From Amphiscolops sp. MND2022 (taxonomy: Eukaryota), in NCBI GenBank assembly GCA_964187785.1, contig OZ076413.1:50656001-50720000 (forward strand): 64,000 bases of DNA. Direction: 5' to 3'. Positions 26,400 to 40,800 of the stretch are shown piece by piece. The notes beneath the pieces are model-generated. The model saw only the letters and a list, made by a program, of their open reading frames with translations. It was not told where the DNA came from and made no database searches. The position numbers were made by a program, and so were the translations under genes. Numbering within the stretch: the stretch's first letter is position 1; every line of letters begins with the position of its first letter.

Positions 26400-27500
26400 T
26401 TTTTGGTAGCAAATTGTGCGTTTTTTTTCGGTTGAACACTTTGTCTACTTCTTAACAAAAGCTTCTCTGACAACCAAATTGTTCCTTGTTGAACGTCTTC
26501 GATTTTCTAAGCCACCAAATTTTTCGAAAAGTACACAAAAATTGCAAAAAATTTTCAAAAACCTGAAATTTTTGGCGCTTTTGTCAATTTCGATCTGAAT
26601 TTGATGCATTTTTCCAGAACAAATTGCATTTACCTCTTCAAAAAAGCCCCCGGACAACAAATTGTTTCCTTGTGGAACGTCTGTGGGATTCTAAGCCACT
26701 AAGTCTTTAGAAAAATACACAAAAACTGCATAAAATTTTCAAAAATCTGAACTTGTTTGTTTTTTTTTTCAATATTGGTGTGAATTTGATGCACTATTCC
26801 AGCACAAATTGCTTTTACCTCATCAAGGAAGACTCCCGGACAACGATGTTTTCCTTGTTGAACGTCTTTGACATTCTAAGCCACCAAGTCTTTCGAAAAA
26901 TAGACAAAAATTGCATAAAATTTTCAAAAATCTGAATTTGCAAGTATTTTTGTCAATTTCGGTCTGAATTTGATGCATTTTTTCTAGCAGAAAGTGCTTT
27001 TTTATCTTCAAAGAAGCCTCTTTAACGAATGTTTTTTCCGTTTTGAACGTCTTTGACATTCTAAGCCACGAAGTCTTTCGAAAAATAGACAAAAATTGCA
27101 TGAAATTTTCAAAAATCTGAAGTTTCTGGGATTTTTGTCATTTTCGGCCTAAATTTGAGGCATTTTTAAAAATCGAATTGCAATTATAATTTCGGCGACG
27201 CCTCTTGGACAACAAAATCTTTCCTTGTTGAATGGTTTTAACTTTCTAAGCTAGCAAGTGTATCGAAAATTTGACAAAACATGCATAAAAACGGTAATAA
27301 TCCGAACTTTTTTGAAGTTTCTTCAATTTCGATCGCAATTTGAGGCATTTTTTCTTTATAAAATTGCATTTTTTTCTTTGAAAAAGCTTGTTGGATAACG
27401 AAATTTTTCTCTTTCAACATTCAAAGCCACGAAATCTATCGAAAATTTGACAAAAATTGCATAAAAACTATAAAAGTTGGAAAATTTTTGCAGTTTTTAC
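26400..27500. repeat. Diverged tandem repeat, about 184-bp unit, about 6 copies
   Basis: TTCTAAGCCAC / GAATTTGATGCA motifs recur at about 26505, 26690, 26875, 27060 and 27245. Confidence 0.8.
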
Positions 27501-29049
27501 TATTTTTGGGTCATTCTGAGGTCTTCGGGGTCAACCAAAAAAGTCCAGAAGTCTCCACAAATACATACCGCATGATGCTAATTTTACATCAGCTGAATTC
27601 TATGGGTGAAACCCTTTAGCTTTGATATGAATAAATTCTTGGCTAATTTTGTAAAAAAAACCCGTTTGATTTAAATATTTTCCTTTTCCATATGAAATAT
27701 GGACGGAAAATAAAAAGATTCACTATAATAGTCGCGTTTCACTTCATGAAGCGCCTACTAAAAATCTCTGGCTTTTATCGGAACTGTAGAGCTTGGAAGT
27801 TTTTTGTGGAACGACCCAATGAGCCACTGGAAAACGTATTTTTGAAAACCGTTTCTTGAAAGAATAAACCCCCAAATACAATCTTTGAATTATCGGCTCC
27901 AAACAAATCGATTTTGCACCGTAGGATTATACTCTAGGGCATTTTTAGACTCCATTATCCAACAGTTGAGGGGAAATGTATTCTCAACATAATCTGATAA
28001 GTTGAAAAATTTTTTTGTAGTTTTGGAGTTAGAAACTGACGTTTGCAGTTTCAAAAACAGAATAGGGATTAAGAAAACGAAAGTTGTTAGCTTTAGCATG
28101 ATTTTTCCAACATTTTCTAATCTTGAAAATCGGCATAGCGACAACTCATATCAAGCGACGGTCTAACCGAAATACAGTGTTATCAGCTCAATTAGTTTTG
28201 ACAACTCTTCAGCAGTTCAGCATAGCTATAAGAGGCTTCTACCGTGTTTCTGTAATTTAAAGCATGTTTTAAACATGGACGTGTATTTATCACTTTAAAA
28301 ATTGTTAAAATCCATGAATTGCCAGTAACACCGAATAAATTTCTGTTAGGAATTAATTTCCCGCGATTGTAAGTCTTCTTCCCTTGTTAGAAATGCCCGA
28401 TAAACAGGACACCCCAAAGGAGTACTTTTGCTTCATTCTTTCACACAACGAAGCTTCAAAGAACTAATGTACAAAAACAACCAATTTCAATTCTTTCATG
28501 GTTAAAAAAGCATTATAAAGTCAAAAAGTAAACGTTGGAATATTTCGACTCGCTGAGATTATTTCGAAATTATGATATGATCACTTGATCTGAGCATTTT
28601 CCCATGAAATGGCCCAAGTTATTCTCGAGAGAAAAAAAACTTTGTCCTAAACAAAAATATTTCCGTTTATCCTTTAACCGAACACAGCTTGAAACCGTCA
28701 AATGCTCTGAGAGATGTCAAAAATCAAAAAAACTATTAAAGTGGAGTGAAAAGTAGGGTACCCAAGTTCAGCAATGTTTGTTTCACCTTGAAGCATCCCC
28801 TTTTTAGTATACGGATCCCAATTCTAGGTGCTGAAATGATCATTCACATGATCAAGGATCCGAGCTTCCAGAAGAGTACTATAGAAAAGTGTTTCCTGTT
28901 GAACGGTTTTTGATAAGGCGACTGTTGACAAATTTCGCACCGATTAGTCGCTCCAGACATGCAACCAAACTGCGTTGAATTCGTTTCTAAATCTAAATTG
29001 CTTGATCTACAAAACCAAAAAGCTGAAGACAGCTGTCTTCAGTTAACTA

Positions 29050-30310
29050 TACCTTTTGTTAATTGATTTCAACACATCAGAACTTTGATTTCAACAATGC
29101 GGAACTTTGATTTCGACAAGAGGCATTCCGGAACTTTAATTTCAACACAGGAAATTCAATTTCGACAAATATACAAAAACAGAAAATAACGAAAGAGTTT
29201 GATTTATAGTATTTCTGCCTCCACGATGCATCTTGGAATGAATGTCATTGCATTATTGTGCCACTCCTTGCATTTTGCAGTGTCAATAACGACAGCCTGG
29301 TCTTCTATGATCTTCTTCACCATTTCGAAACGGTACAATTTCAGACTTCTACCCTGAAGTTGTGTTTCCGGTATATTTATAAACAAATCTTGTTTCCTTT
29401 CCAATTCCCTTTTTATAGCGGCCTTCCAGGACGAAAATGCCATCTCAATCGGGTTGAAGAATGGGGAATATTTTGGCAATCACTTGATGGAGATAAGTCC
29501 AGACGCTTCCTCAACATTCCTGTGACCAGGAGCGTTGTCAAATTTTAAATGAGCGTTTTATTGGTATCCGAATTCAGTTATGATATTCCCGCTGACAATT
29601 TGCAGAAAGTTGCGGAATTTTTCGAAATTTACAGAACCTTGGAAAATCTCGAAGTAGATGAGTCCATGCTCAGCTGATATAGCTGCGCATACTGACACAT
29701 TTTGACCACTTTGAATTGAGGTTACTCGTAACCAAAAGAGTGCTTAGTGTGAACATTTACACCGAATTCATCCACATATATTTTCTCTGCACCTACAGCG
29801 TCTGCACTGAGAATCCACTCTGCGTATTGTTTCCGTGCATCCAATGTTTCTGGGGCGTTTCGTTGAGCTGGGCTGTCACGATTTAGTTTAAAAGTGTAGG
29901 CGAGGCCATCAATCGATCGAGATAATGTCTTGATTAAAATTGTCGGTTTTTGTGGTAAATTGTGGTAACCCGAAAACTACTCTTGGTCTCTTCACAATCA
30001 AGTAAGCGGTGGTTCGAATAATTCCCAAAATTTTTGCATGTTGTAGAAAATCTTCTCCTCTGTTGAACGATTCCCGCAAACGAGTTTTGTCAATAACTGA
30101 AATCTTGTTGTAATTTCGACGTGGAGCCATTATATTTCAGTTGTACTGTCAGCTAAAGTTTAAAGTTTTCAAATGTTGAAGAAAAAATTCACGTGTCGAA
30201 ATTGAATTTCCTGTGTTGAAATTAAAGTTCCGGAAGGCTGCTTGTTGAAATCAAAATTCCGCTATGTTGAAATTAAAGTTCCGTTTGACGAATTCAATTC
30301 ACAAAAGGTA
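29050..30310 (-). mobile_element. Tc1/mariner (IS630-like) element with long imperfect TIRs, internally deleted
   Basis: Ends TATACCTTTTG...CAAAAGGTATA (TA target). About 120-bp imperfect TIRs built from GAACTTT(A/G)ATTTCAAC subrepeats (29050-29167, 30195-30310). Confidence 0.88.
29204..30130 (-). pseudogene. Tc1/IS630-family DDE transposase remnant
   Basis: HTH-like N-terminus (MAPRRNYNKIS..AKILGIIRTTAYLIVK), YVDE, DNAPGH and LPKYSPFFNPIEMAFSSWK motifs. Frameshifted and shortened. Confidence 0.85.
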
Positions 30311-33300
30311 TATTTACCTTAATTTCTCTGGCAGAAATTTCAAGTTGCATCAATTTTTATTGATCTAATGTATTCCATTTCAGTTGATTTAAGCTCAATA
30401 TTAAAAATAATTCATGATTCAAAAATGTTCTTATGTTCTGATTTATCTAGACCATTTTAGTTTTATAGACCATTCCAAATGCGTCATTAAGTATCCAGCG
30501 ATTAACTTGTTTTCAACTTCACAAGAAAAACTACAATTGATGTTTTTTAGTTACTTCAATGTTCTGTTGAACAAAATTACTGTAGACCATGTGTGCTTAT
30601 GCTAGCTTAACTATTCTCTGTATTCAAAATTTAATAGCATTGATAATATAATTATCGTTTTGAAGCTTACAAGAAAAGCCATTTTTTTAAAAAGCTGGTA
30701 TTCATGAACTCTCAATACCTGAAGTTCTTATTTGGATGATTTACTTTCACACCCCTAAAAAAATCTTCATTCTAGATTTTAGAAATCAAAATGTTCTTTC
30801 ATTTAAAAAAGTGTTCTTGTTGAATCTTTCGAACTATGCTGAATTGATGTATAGCGTTAAATGCGTTTCGACCAATACAAAAGATTTTCTAAAACCGTAC
30901 ACTTCTTTTCAAAATCGAAGACGTAGAGAAACTTGAACAATAACTAGCTTCAGGTCATTCCATACACTGTCTTTTTAGTCACCTTTAAAGACTTCTCTAT
31001 ATAAACAAAGTATGCTAAGGAGCTAGCTATGCTTTAGTTTAAACTCAGTGCGTATTCAAGGAACCAAGAGAATTAAAAAGTACAAAAATTTCTAACAAAC
31101 GGATAAAATTAAATTTTTGATTTTTTGGAGCATTTTGAAGTTTTGCCACTTTTTGAGGCACTTTCATTTCTGCAACTTTTTTTGGAAAAAAATCATCTCC
31201 ACGGCCACATATGCTACGGACTTGAGGTTACGGTAGTTAAACTACGGAAATTTGACCTGCCTGTGCTTAAGCTGAAGCTGCTTTGTGGGCAATGTTGCAT
31301 AGCTCAGACAAAACGAACAGAAAGAAGCACAAATGGTCGAGGCGAAAAATGCCGAACGTTTAAGCTCTGTAACACAGGTTCACGTCAAGTTTTCGCAAAA
31401 TTTAAGATGATACCCCACTGGTGGTTAACCCATGGCTACCGCAAAGTATATCAGTCACCTTAGTGGCCACCTGTGGGCTGTGATGACAACCCTACTCTCC
31501 AACAATTTAATGTCGAACAAAATTTGTTCTGTATTCTTCTTCGTACAAGTCTCCGTTCGTTACAAAATTCTTCAAGAGCAAAAGGAGTCAGTTCTTTAAC
31601 ACTGCAAAGGCTACTACGATTATCTGCATGCTTATAAGTTGTTTCGTATTCCCAAAAATTTTAAAAAGATAGATGAAAAATAATAATGATAAACTGCACC
31701 TCAAGAATACCAATAGTTGGTGTGAAGGGTTACGTAAGACCTCAATAATTTCTTCAAGCTCTGTGGTTTCAAAAAACGTTCACATATTGTGTTTATCCTT
31801 CTATGTATATCTTTTCTCAATAGACAAAAGAAAATCATGGTGGAATGAACGGAACGCTTTTCAAGGTCTGAGGTCGTTGCAACACGATCTTTCGTTTTAA
31901 ATTTGATTTTTAAAGTTTCGACTAGTTGATTAACATAGTTCATGGTGGAACTACCACCTCTGAAATAGAGCGGAGAGCTCTTCTTATTATTTAAAAAAAA
32001 ACAATTTTAAAATGCTAGCTCTTTCATTCGTTATGCGCCCCAGTAATATACCGACGTACGAGGCTAGACTATTGCAGCTATATGAGTAAAAACGTGACGC
32101 AACAATATCCGAAGTTTTGAGAATCGTTACTGATACTCGTTTGAAGGGCCAAAACAGTATTCCTAAACAAGCATTCAAAAGAAGTAATATTATAATATTA
32201 GACAGGCTTCATATCAGACGTAAGTGCAAATTGTAACAGTCGACACTCTTGAATGAATGAATATTTAATTCATATTTGTTACCCCGTGGGGTTTACAAAA
32301 CCCAAACTTTCAAGTTTTCAAAAACTCAAATTCTTTGAAGGATCAGGTTTCCTAGCTGCTCCACGTAATTCTTCCTTTGTTGAGACCATAACAGTCATGC
32401 GTTTGGGAATCCTTTTCAATTCTTCAGGCTCTATGTAGTACACAACGTGAATTAATTTAAAAAAACGATTTCAAACCCTTATAGTAACCAAACATACATG
32501 TATACTTTTAAAAATTTAATTTTTACTTCTCGTTTGTCACTGGTCAAAAACTGAATATTTTATTAACGGTGTCTCATCTTGAATCTTGATCAAAATGCAA
32601 TTTGACGTTTCATGTGGATTTTTGACTCTGGAATCATACCGTGAATGTATGAAGTCATTCTGTGTTTCTGCAGTGACTTTTCTGTTGAACATTCAACTCA
32701 CAACTGATAAAAACTTGAAGCTTATCGAACCAAATCATGAGTTTGAATTCGACAAACGGTCTTGTCAATCTCTACGCCAATGGGGACTTATCCTTAGCTT
32801 CGGGCGTAACTGGTTTCTTTCTCATTGTCACTGCATATGGGATCGAGATGGGGAAAGTGTTCGCCTCGGGCGACCCAAAAGGGTGTCAGTTTATATCCAG
32901 GGATCATGCTAACACTTACCACGTTACCATGAAAAGATAAGCACCCATATGTAATTTCCTGCTTTGATGAGAATTTTTCATACAATTTTTCAAGACAGAA
33001 ACTTGCAGAATTTGAAGAAAATTGAAATGAAAACTTACTGACAAGAGAAAATGGTGCTACATATCTATTTGGGAAGCAATAAACTACAATTTTACTGTTT
33101 CTTCATTGCAGTATTCTGCAGTATTTCTTCATATTCAACCTGTGAACAAACATTTTATCAGAAATAATCAAAGATTGCAAAGCTATCAAGTATCCTCAAC
33201 TCTCAGTTCTCATATTTTCTAATTGATCACGTAGAGGCACAAATGGTTGGTTCTGATTATGGCAATAGGCTGTCAGAATGATTCCTATCCAGTGACTTCT

Positions 33301-34627
33301 TGTTCCGAGTGACCAAACATTCAGCTGTTTGTGCCATCAATGTGTCCAAATTTGATGCGAGCCGGACCCACAGTATCAGTATTCAAAGTGAACAATACAA
33401 ACACGAGTTCAAAGTGATGTTTGAGCCGTTCCAAAGTAAGCTCAGTTTTTCCGCTGTTTTTGCCACAGCGTTTTCCAAAGAATGAGTTTCTTGGATATTG
33501 GATCAAATGTTTAAATTCCATTCAACTTTGGAATCATTATCGGACCTATTTTAAGATCGCTGCAAGAGTTCCCAGAGTGAAGCAGAAGTTAGGAGCATTT
33601 GTGAAAATGATGAAAGGGGCCCTGCTAAAACTGAGTTTTATTCAATCTGGGAATACAAACCAGAGAACGTACTCCGTACTCAACTAGCACAAGTGAAAAT
33701 CAACTCTTGCATCTGGCTGTCATTTCACATTGTTAATCGGTGCTATATAAGATAAAGAGCCTACTATTAAAAAAGCGTTTCGTCGTTTTAATTACAGTTC
33801 CAGCAGTAGTAACCAAAATGGTTAAAAAAACTGGTTCAAAAACCAAACTGGTTCAAAAAACTCCTACAAAATAGATTACAATATCACGGGAGAGTTGGCC
33901 CAGTGGTTAGAGCTCGAAATTTGGGTTCTGAACCTTGTTAACAGACAAAAACCCCAATTACAAAGTCAAAACAGTCCAACCAATGACAACAAGCGGTTCC
34001 ATCTAAATTGTCACTGTGATTGCAAAGTGTTCAAACAACTATTTCTGGAAACATTTGACGAAGCGCCAAATTCAGAGACGTTATGACAATTCTTGGCGTT
34101 TCCCTCTCAGAGGAATAGCATGATTCCGACCGAGATCTAGACAAACTGTTTAATTTGGATGACAGGTTCTCAATGAACCTTAGAGTCCCTCTCTGACACA
34201 ACTCGGTGTGGTTTAGGTGTTTTGATACCCTATATCTGTTTTGCTAGACATTTCTTCAATAATTGTTTGCTAGTTAACAATTTTCGTCTCCAAATGGACT
34301 CACAACTCCCACTTCATCTCCTGACAAAATTGAAGATTCCTTTCTTATTTTCTCAGAGACTTCTCAGGCATGGCAAAAGAAAAAAAAGAGTTTACTGACA
34401 AAGACATGAATTGCATTAACTTACCTTGTATTTCTCTTCTTCCATTGTTTCGGTTTATGACAAACTTAGTAAAATAGTCGAGCAAAATTATCAGTTTTAC
34501 AATATGAAATTGAATGACGAGCAAACATCAAATTGATTAACTGCGAAAAGTATGGATTTCCTAAACTCGTGTCAGTAATAAATACGTTTCACTAGGCGCG
34601 CAGGAATAATCCCGCACGTGTATTTTG

Positions 34628-36542
34628 CAGGGGTTGTCAAAAATTATTTTTTGGGAAACAATCAATTATCAAAAATTGCAATCAATTAATTTAATTTTAG
34701 AAAAAATAAATCAATTAATTGCAATTAAATGCAATTAATCGTTGTTATGCACAGCATTTTGAAACAAGTTCTTCGTCCCAAAATCGTTTGTTTGTTTTCA
34801 AGAACAGCTGCATTTCTAAGTTCACAGGTGTCATATTTTAGCGAAAATCGTCGTATGCAAGGCCAGAAAAGCTGAAAAACCTCTCGACCAGGTTTGAGGT
34901 TGGCAATAAAAATCGTGTTCCAATGTAACCGTTGTCATGTTCAGCTTTTATTACCTTTCGTCGTTTCATAAAATCTGCAACCGAGTTAGCTGGTTCATCG
35001 AACCCAGTTTCCGTTGGAATAACTTTTTTCTCAGCATTTCCACGGCAGCAAGCTCTTCCTCATCGAGTTTATCATGTCTTTTCTCTTGAATGTTGACAAT
35101 AGCTGATTCAAACTTTGGCGAGTGAATGATTTTAGCATTGGTTCCAATGTAGGTCACCATTTTAGGAAACTCATCCAAAACCTTGTCGAACAACCCCCGG
35201 ACGTCTGCTAAGTCGATTGCTGAATCTTGAAGGGCAACAGTGACCGAGTTCAAGTATTGAAGCTGTGATACAAGTTCTTTCACTTTTAAAAAATCAGATG
35301 GTGACAACAAGAGGGTTGCAAATGCTTGATCGCCCGAAAATTCTGGTTCCATTAGGAATGGATGCAAATGGATATATCGGTTCAACATGGCGAACGTGCT
35401 GCTCCAGCGTGTTTCATTTTTTAAAATTGGCCCAAGATCCGTTTTCTGTCGTAGCTTCTAACGGTATTTTATTGTGCGAAGTTTGATCATGATATCGGAA
35501 ATTTTGTTGATTATTTCGGCATGGTCTCTGAGAACGAGGGAAACAGCCAAATTGAAACGATGCGATGCACACCCGATAAGTGGCTTTTCGCACAAGTTGG
35601 ATAAAGCCTTGTTAAAATTCTGCATTATCTCCAATAATTGCAATAACGTCGCTCATCGTTTTCCCATAAACACTCAACAGCCATTCCAGAAATTGATAAT
35701 GATCGTTCGCCGTAAAACGGGTCTCAGAAAATAAGGGCGAGAAAGACAACAGTGCGGAATTGTAGCCTTGGCTGTTAGCGGCAGGGGAGCTGGCAAATAC
35801 ATCCACAAAATGAGTTGAGTTTTTTGTCCAACCGTCTATCACAAGCGCAAACAATTCGGGTAACGCAGATTGAATTCGCTTTGCTACTTCTTTAGTAACA
35901 AGTTCATTTATTTTTTGAGTGATTTGTGAGAAATAGGCTCCAGTTTTGAATATTCACGCGTTAGAACATCGTCGACAAATGAAAACAGCTTTAAAGACGA
36001 GCAAACCCAATTGAGCCAACAGTAAATGTTGCTTCCTTTGCTTGTTATCTTCTTCGACTTCGCAAATGAGATAGTGGCTTGACCTGTGGGAACTGATTTG
36101 GGGTCTTCTTCATGTTGTAACTTGATATGATTTGCTAAAATTGTCCAACCAGTGTTCTTCTTTTGAATTAAAACTGCCCCGCACTGACATTTCCATGTGA
36201 ACTTTGTTGCATTGTCAACCGAGAATTATTTCAAGCACAGCTCCCTAATAGTAGTCATGTCCGCAATCTAGAATGCAAATAAACAGTATGTAAACATTAT
36301 AGCATATTAGCATAGTAGGTCACTGAATGATGCACAGTAGGTGCACTGAGTGAAAATGAAAGTAAATAAACGTTAACAGACATGATTTGACATCACAACG
36401 AGTAAATCAAAAGTATTAAAAATAATTGCAATTAAATGCATCTAGCAATCAATTAATTGCAATTGCAGGAAGTCTGCAATCAATTAATTGATTGCAATTA
36501 CTTGCAATTAATTTTTCTCCAATTTATTTTTGACAGCCCCTG
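34628..36542 (-). mobile_element. Full-length hAT DNA transposon (inactive)
   Basis: 17-bp TIRs CAGGGG(T/C)TGTCAAAAAT. Exact 8-bp TSD GTATTTTG (34620-34627 and 36543-36550). Subterminal CAATTAATTG-type repeats at both ends. Internal transposase pseudogene. Confidence 0.93.
34745..36258 (-). pseudogene. hAT transposase pseudogene
   Basis: BED finger (WKCQCG..NTGWTILANHIKLQH), LVIDGWT catalytic Asp, GCASHRFNLAV (CxxH), TRWSSTFAML, C-terminal LPTSNLVERFFS. Interrupted by stops and frameshifts (ORF pieces 35612-35854, 35458-35643, 34966-35388). Confidence 0.9.
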
Positions 36543-37004
36543 GTATTTTGCACATTGTTCAGTTCGGCGTCCTTCCAAGGCAGGTGAATCCAAAGAAGGA
36601 AATCTTCCTCGAGCTTCAGTCTTTCGGGTGCATCGCAATTCGAACAAAAGTGGGAATCACCTCCAGCCTGAAATCAATTCCGCGTCCCTTCCGATTCTTT
36701 CCTCGCTAGTTAGAGGCGCCGAACGAAAGTCGGCTCTAAAATACATCAACCTAGATAATTGATGCGGAAAAAGCAAAGTGTTTTCCAGCGAATTGATGTG
36801 AAAAAAGGGCGTCAACAAAAGAAATAGGTTGAAAAATGTAGCCAAATGTTTGAATTCGCACCTAATTCTCCCTCGACAACACTTTAAAGCTCAGGGAAAT
36901 AGCGCAACAACTGTAGGTGATTGATAAAAATTGGGGAGTAATCCCAGTATGGCTACTGAAAGTGGTACGCCTGGAACGATGCCTAAGTACGTTGTTAAAT
37001 ACGA

Positions 37005-37496
37005 ACAAGACGAGAACGTCTAAAGTCGGCGCCATATCTAAGGCTCAAAAAGCGTAAAACACTTTTTTTGGAAAAAAATTGAAATTTTTGAAAAAAATTT
37101 TTCTTTCAAAAGAAGTCGCATAGTGCCGAAAAATGTAAAAGGGGGGACATTTCTGGATTTATTAACAAACATTCCGTTGCAAAATATCAAAAAATTCAAA
37201 GGGGGGACCCTTTGGGGACATTGAAAAATTTTTGAAAAAAAGTCGCACAGTGCCGAAAAAAATCCAAAGGGGGGACCCTTTGGGCACGTCCGGTTTTGTA
37301 TGTTTCCTTGAAAAAGTAAACAATGAAAGGGGGACCCTTTGGAGTAAAGTTTGCCTTGTGCGGACTTGGCCTCAGGTGCTCTGCTCAGGATTGTAAAAAG
37401 TGGACCGATCAGTGTGAGGATTATAGTCTGAGAAAAAAAAAGGTCACTGCTATAGTCGGGCATTTTTCCTTAAAAGGAAAACGCGCCGACCAAAAA
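37005..37496 (-). mobile_element. Helentron/DINE-like element
   Basis: Has both family termini: AACAAGACGAGAACGTCTAAAGTCGGCGCC ... GCGCCGACCAAAA. Confidence 0.7.
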
Positions 37497-37874
37497 TGCT
37501 AATACATAATAGAATTTGCAACACCATTTCATGGAATGTTACTTTCAAAAGAAAGAAACAACACTAAAGTAAGTTCGATTAGATGTTGCAGAGAAAGGGA
37601 TATTCCAAAATAATTCACTGGAGTAAAAAATTCATTCTGGGCAGCTGTTCAGACAATCAAGTTGAGTATACTATATACTACCTGGAATGGTGACTCAGAT
37701 AGAAAACATAAATAGTTCGATAACAATAAAATACAATTTTCATCGCATAACCTTCAAATAAGCATATTTGTGAACTACATGAAAAACTAAGAAACTTTCA
37801 CGTTTATCAGTTTTCAAAAATCGCTGCCGTTTTAGAGATATTCGATTTTGAGGTTTGCCTTTTGTTGCTTTTAG

Positions 37875-40800
37875 AAATATCACTACTGTACATCAATGGA
37901 ATATGGATATGTTGACCAAGCCGTTGACTCAGACTTCACTGCCTTGTAGGCTGCCCGGAGAGCAGCGTTGCTTGTCTGATTTACATAGCGCTTTACTCTG
38001 GTTGGCTTAGCTGCTAGTCAACTGGTTGAATTATGTATTTAGGTCGACTCTGCGACGCCGTCCCCAGTAGCGTACTTTTTGACCGATATCAATCAGCACG
38101 CTAGGTGACTATTCATAGCTCCGAATTTGAAATTCAGTGCCATAGCTCCGAAATTAAAACACAGTGCCATAGCTCCGAACTTAAAATCTAGTGCCACGTG
38201 TACAGCTCCGAAATTAAAACTGAATTTACTTCATTTATTTGAATTCAATTACAACGTCGATATTGGTGTTTTATATCGAAAATAACGATTTTACCTGGCT
38301 TAGAATTAACAACCTTCAAAGCTTGCATTTTAAAAATTTCAGGATTTCAGGGGCGGTTTCAGGATTCTCAAAACGCGGGGCGGACCGGAACGAGAGCACC
38401 ATTTGAGTTTTCAATCTTTGCTTGATTTGCTTATTTTATCAACTAAAATAATCTTTCGGAGTTATGGCTTTCGATTTTGTTTTCGGAGCTATGGATATTC
38501 GGAGCTATGGAAGTCACCAGCACGCTAGTTGTTTGTTTCCTTCCAATCGATCTTTTGCGACTATTGTGTTAACTGTATCTTCACATGAATATGCATAAAT
38601 ACTGCATTTTAATTTTACTATGATATCTACATTATTTACACAACTGAGTAGCAATTCTTTAATTCCCATTGTATTGAGTTTATAATGTTTACTGGTTAGG
38701 TTTTCTCCTGTCTATTCCTCGCCGTTTATTCGCCCTAACGCTACAATTACTTCCCCACTATTTTCCCAACGAAGTGAGGGCTGTGATAAACAGTTATCAA
38801 TTTTCATCTTAAAAGGATGCATTAACAAATAAATTGTGTTCAGATTTGTCAAATAGCAGTTCAAATTGTTATTTTCCGCCCACATAAACGGGGTATGAAA
38901 ATCATGATCTGTTACACGTTTTTTTGACAAATTGTGCCAAAACTCCACTTTATCTGTACTCCATGGAGTGAAGTGCACTTCACTTATTGCTTTCCCATCC
39001 AGTAGGTCGTGGGTTCGAACCCGGGCTGGTGCTTGAAATTTTTTCGTGTTTCCCAGCCAGTAGGTCGTTGGTTCGATCCTCTCCTTCGCCATACTTTTTT
39101 TTGCAAAAAGCGTGTCGCGGAAAATATCCCGGTGCTTAGCGGGCGTCTTGTTTTTAATTGGGAGTTGGCAGACGTGAAAGTGTTAAAGGTGGTGTTACCA
39201 CTGCGTTAAGTTTTGTTGATTCCTTGATTTTTCTTATTATATTGAAGCTAATCATTGAAATATTTTCAATTATGTTTAAACAGGTGAAGTAAAACCTTAG
39301 CGGAGCTTTTTGTGATTGGGTGCTTTTGACAAACGCGTTTGGACTCTTTTGATTGAACGCTCTCGAGTACAAAAGTTTTGGGGTGCTTTGTTTGACCAGT
39401 AGGAAAACCAGCTCTAAACTTCCGTTTTCGGCCCGTTTTTTGTTGTTTGGGATTTTTATTGCAAAATATTAGGCCGATCGTGTTTAAACGCCTTCAAAGT
39501 TGAAAGAAAATTCGTTCCATGACTGATTTTTACTTAGCAACACGCACTATTTGATTCATCAGACGTCAGAGAGGCTGCTCGTGCGATTTCCTTCCCTGTC
39601 GGTTGCGGCAGTTCCTGTCTGTAAATGTTTATCGTTTGGCATAAACGGTGCGTTTTCGGCACTTTTTTGGCTTGTGCCAAAAACTGGTTTTCTTAGTCGA
39701 TCGTCTCTGCACGGCAAACCTTTCATGGCCGACGTTTTCATAGGAGGGCGAAAGTGGTAAATTGGTTCGTGCTTTTGGAACTTTTGGGACATGAGATTTT
39801 GGGACTAACCCCGGAATGAAATATTTTTGCACTTTTGAAATTTCAAAGCAAGTTCTATACCACGTCCTTCTTTAAAAAAATTCTTTAGCTTTGAACGGGC
39901 GACGACTTACATCGTTCCGGCTTGTTAATGTCTACACCCAGTTTTAATCTTTGAGTTACATTCATAAAAGAAATTTGAAAAACCACGCTTGTTTATGACA
40001 TCTATGGCTTTTTAGTACACTCAATTAAAAATCAAATTCCATAATGAATTGAACCTGAAATAAACATGTTAGCTTTGAGACAACATCTGCCAGATGTGTG
40101 CTAAACGGTTCTACGACAAGCAGCAAAATAGCTTGCCTGTGCACTGTAATGTGTGCTAATGGGATTTTTGAATACTTTGATTTTCAGGCAATTTTGGGAA
40201 GCTCAAAATGCCGAACCAATAAAAACTCTTGCCTTGCCGTGGGCGATTGAAAGCAAAAAAAAACAAAAGTTTGGTTATGTTTTTGAGTTTTTATTCATGT
40301 GCAGATGACGCAATTATCTTGAGTGACGTAGTGAAGGGCACTGGGTGGCGAGGTTGCAAGATGAGTGCCACCAATGAGCAGATGAACCAGAGGGTCTATG
40401 GGTGGAGACACAGTCTGTGTCCTTATGGTGTCTGTCATATACCCACTCTCAATGTCGAGGTAGGAAACCATCTTGGCTCTATCAATGCACCAATTTTGTA
40501 GAGCACGCCTTGAGGGAAGCCCCAGCATTTTCTCTAAGAACAAGAGCACCACGAAAATAAACAATCTTACTAGATCGTGCCACGAATTGAAAATAGTACT
40601 TTTTGGTGTAGGTTAATCAGTTTAGTGGGAATCCAACGGTCGCGGGTTCCAGTCCTTGCTTCAGCGAGCAATTTTTTTGGGTTTTTGCATTTCACTAAAG
40701 AGCAAGTGGAGGTTCAAAATAATTGCGCTGTATCAGAATTTTTGACATTTGATCAACTGTATTGCGTTTCACTAAGGAGGCGGCGGAGAATCGAAAATGC

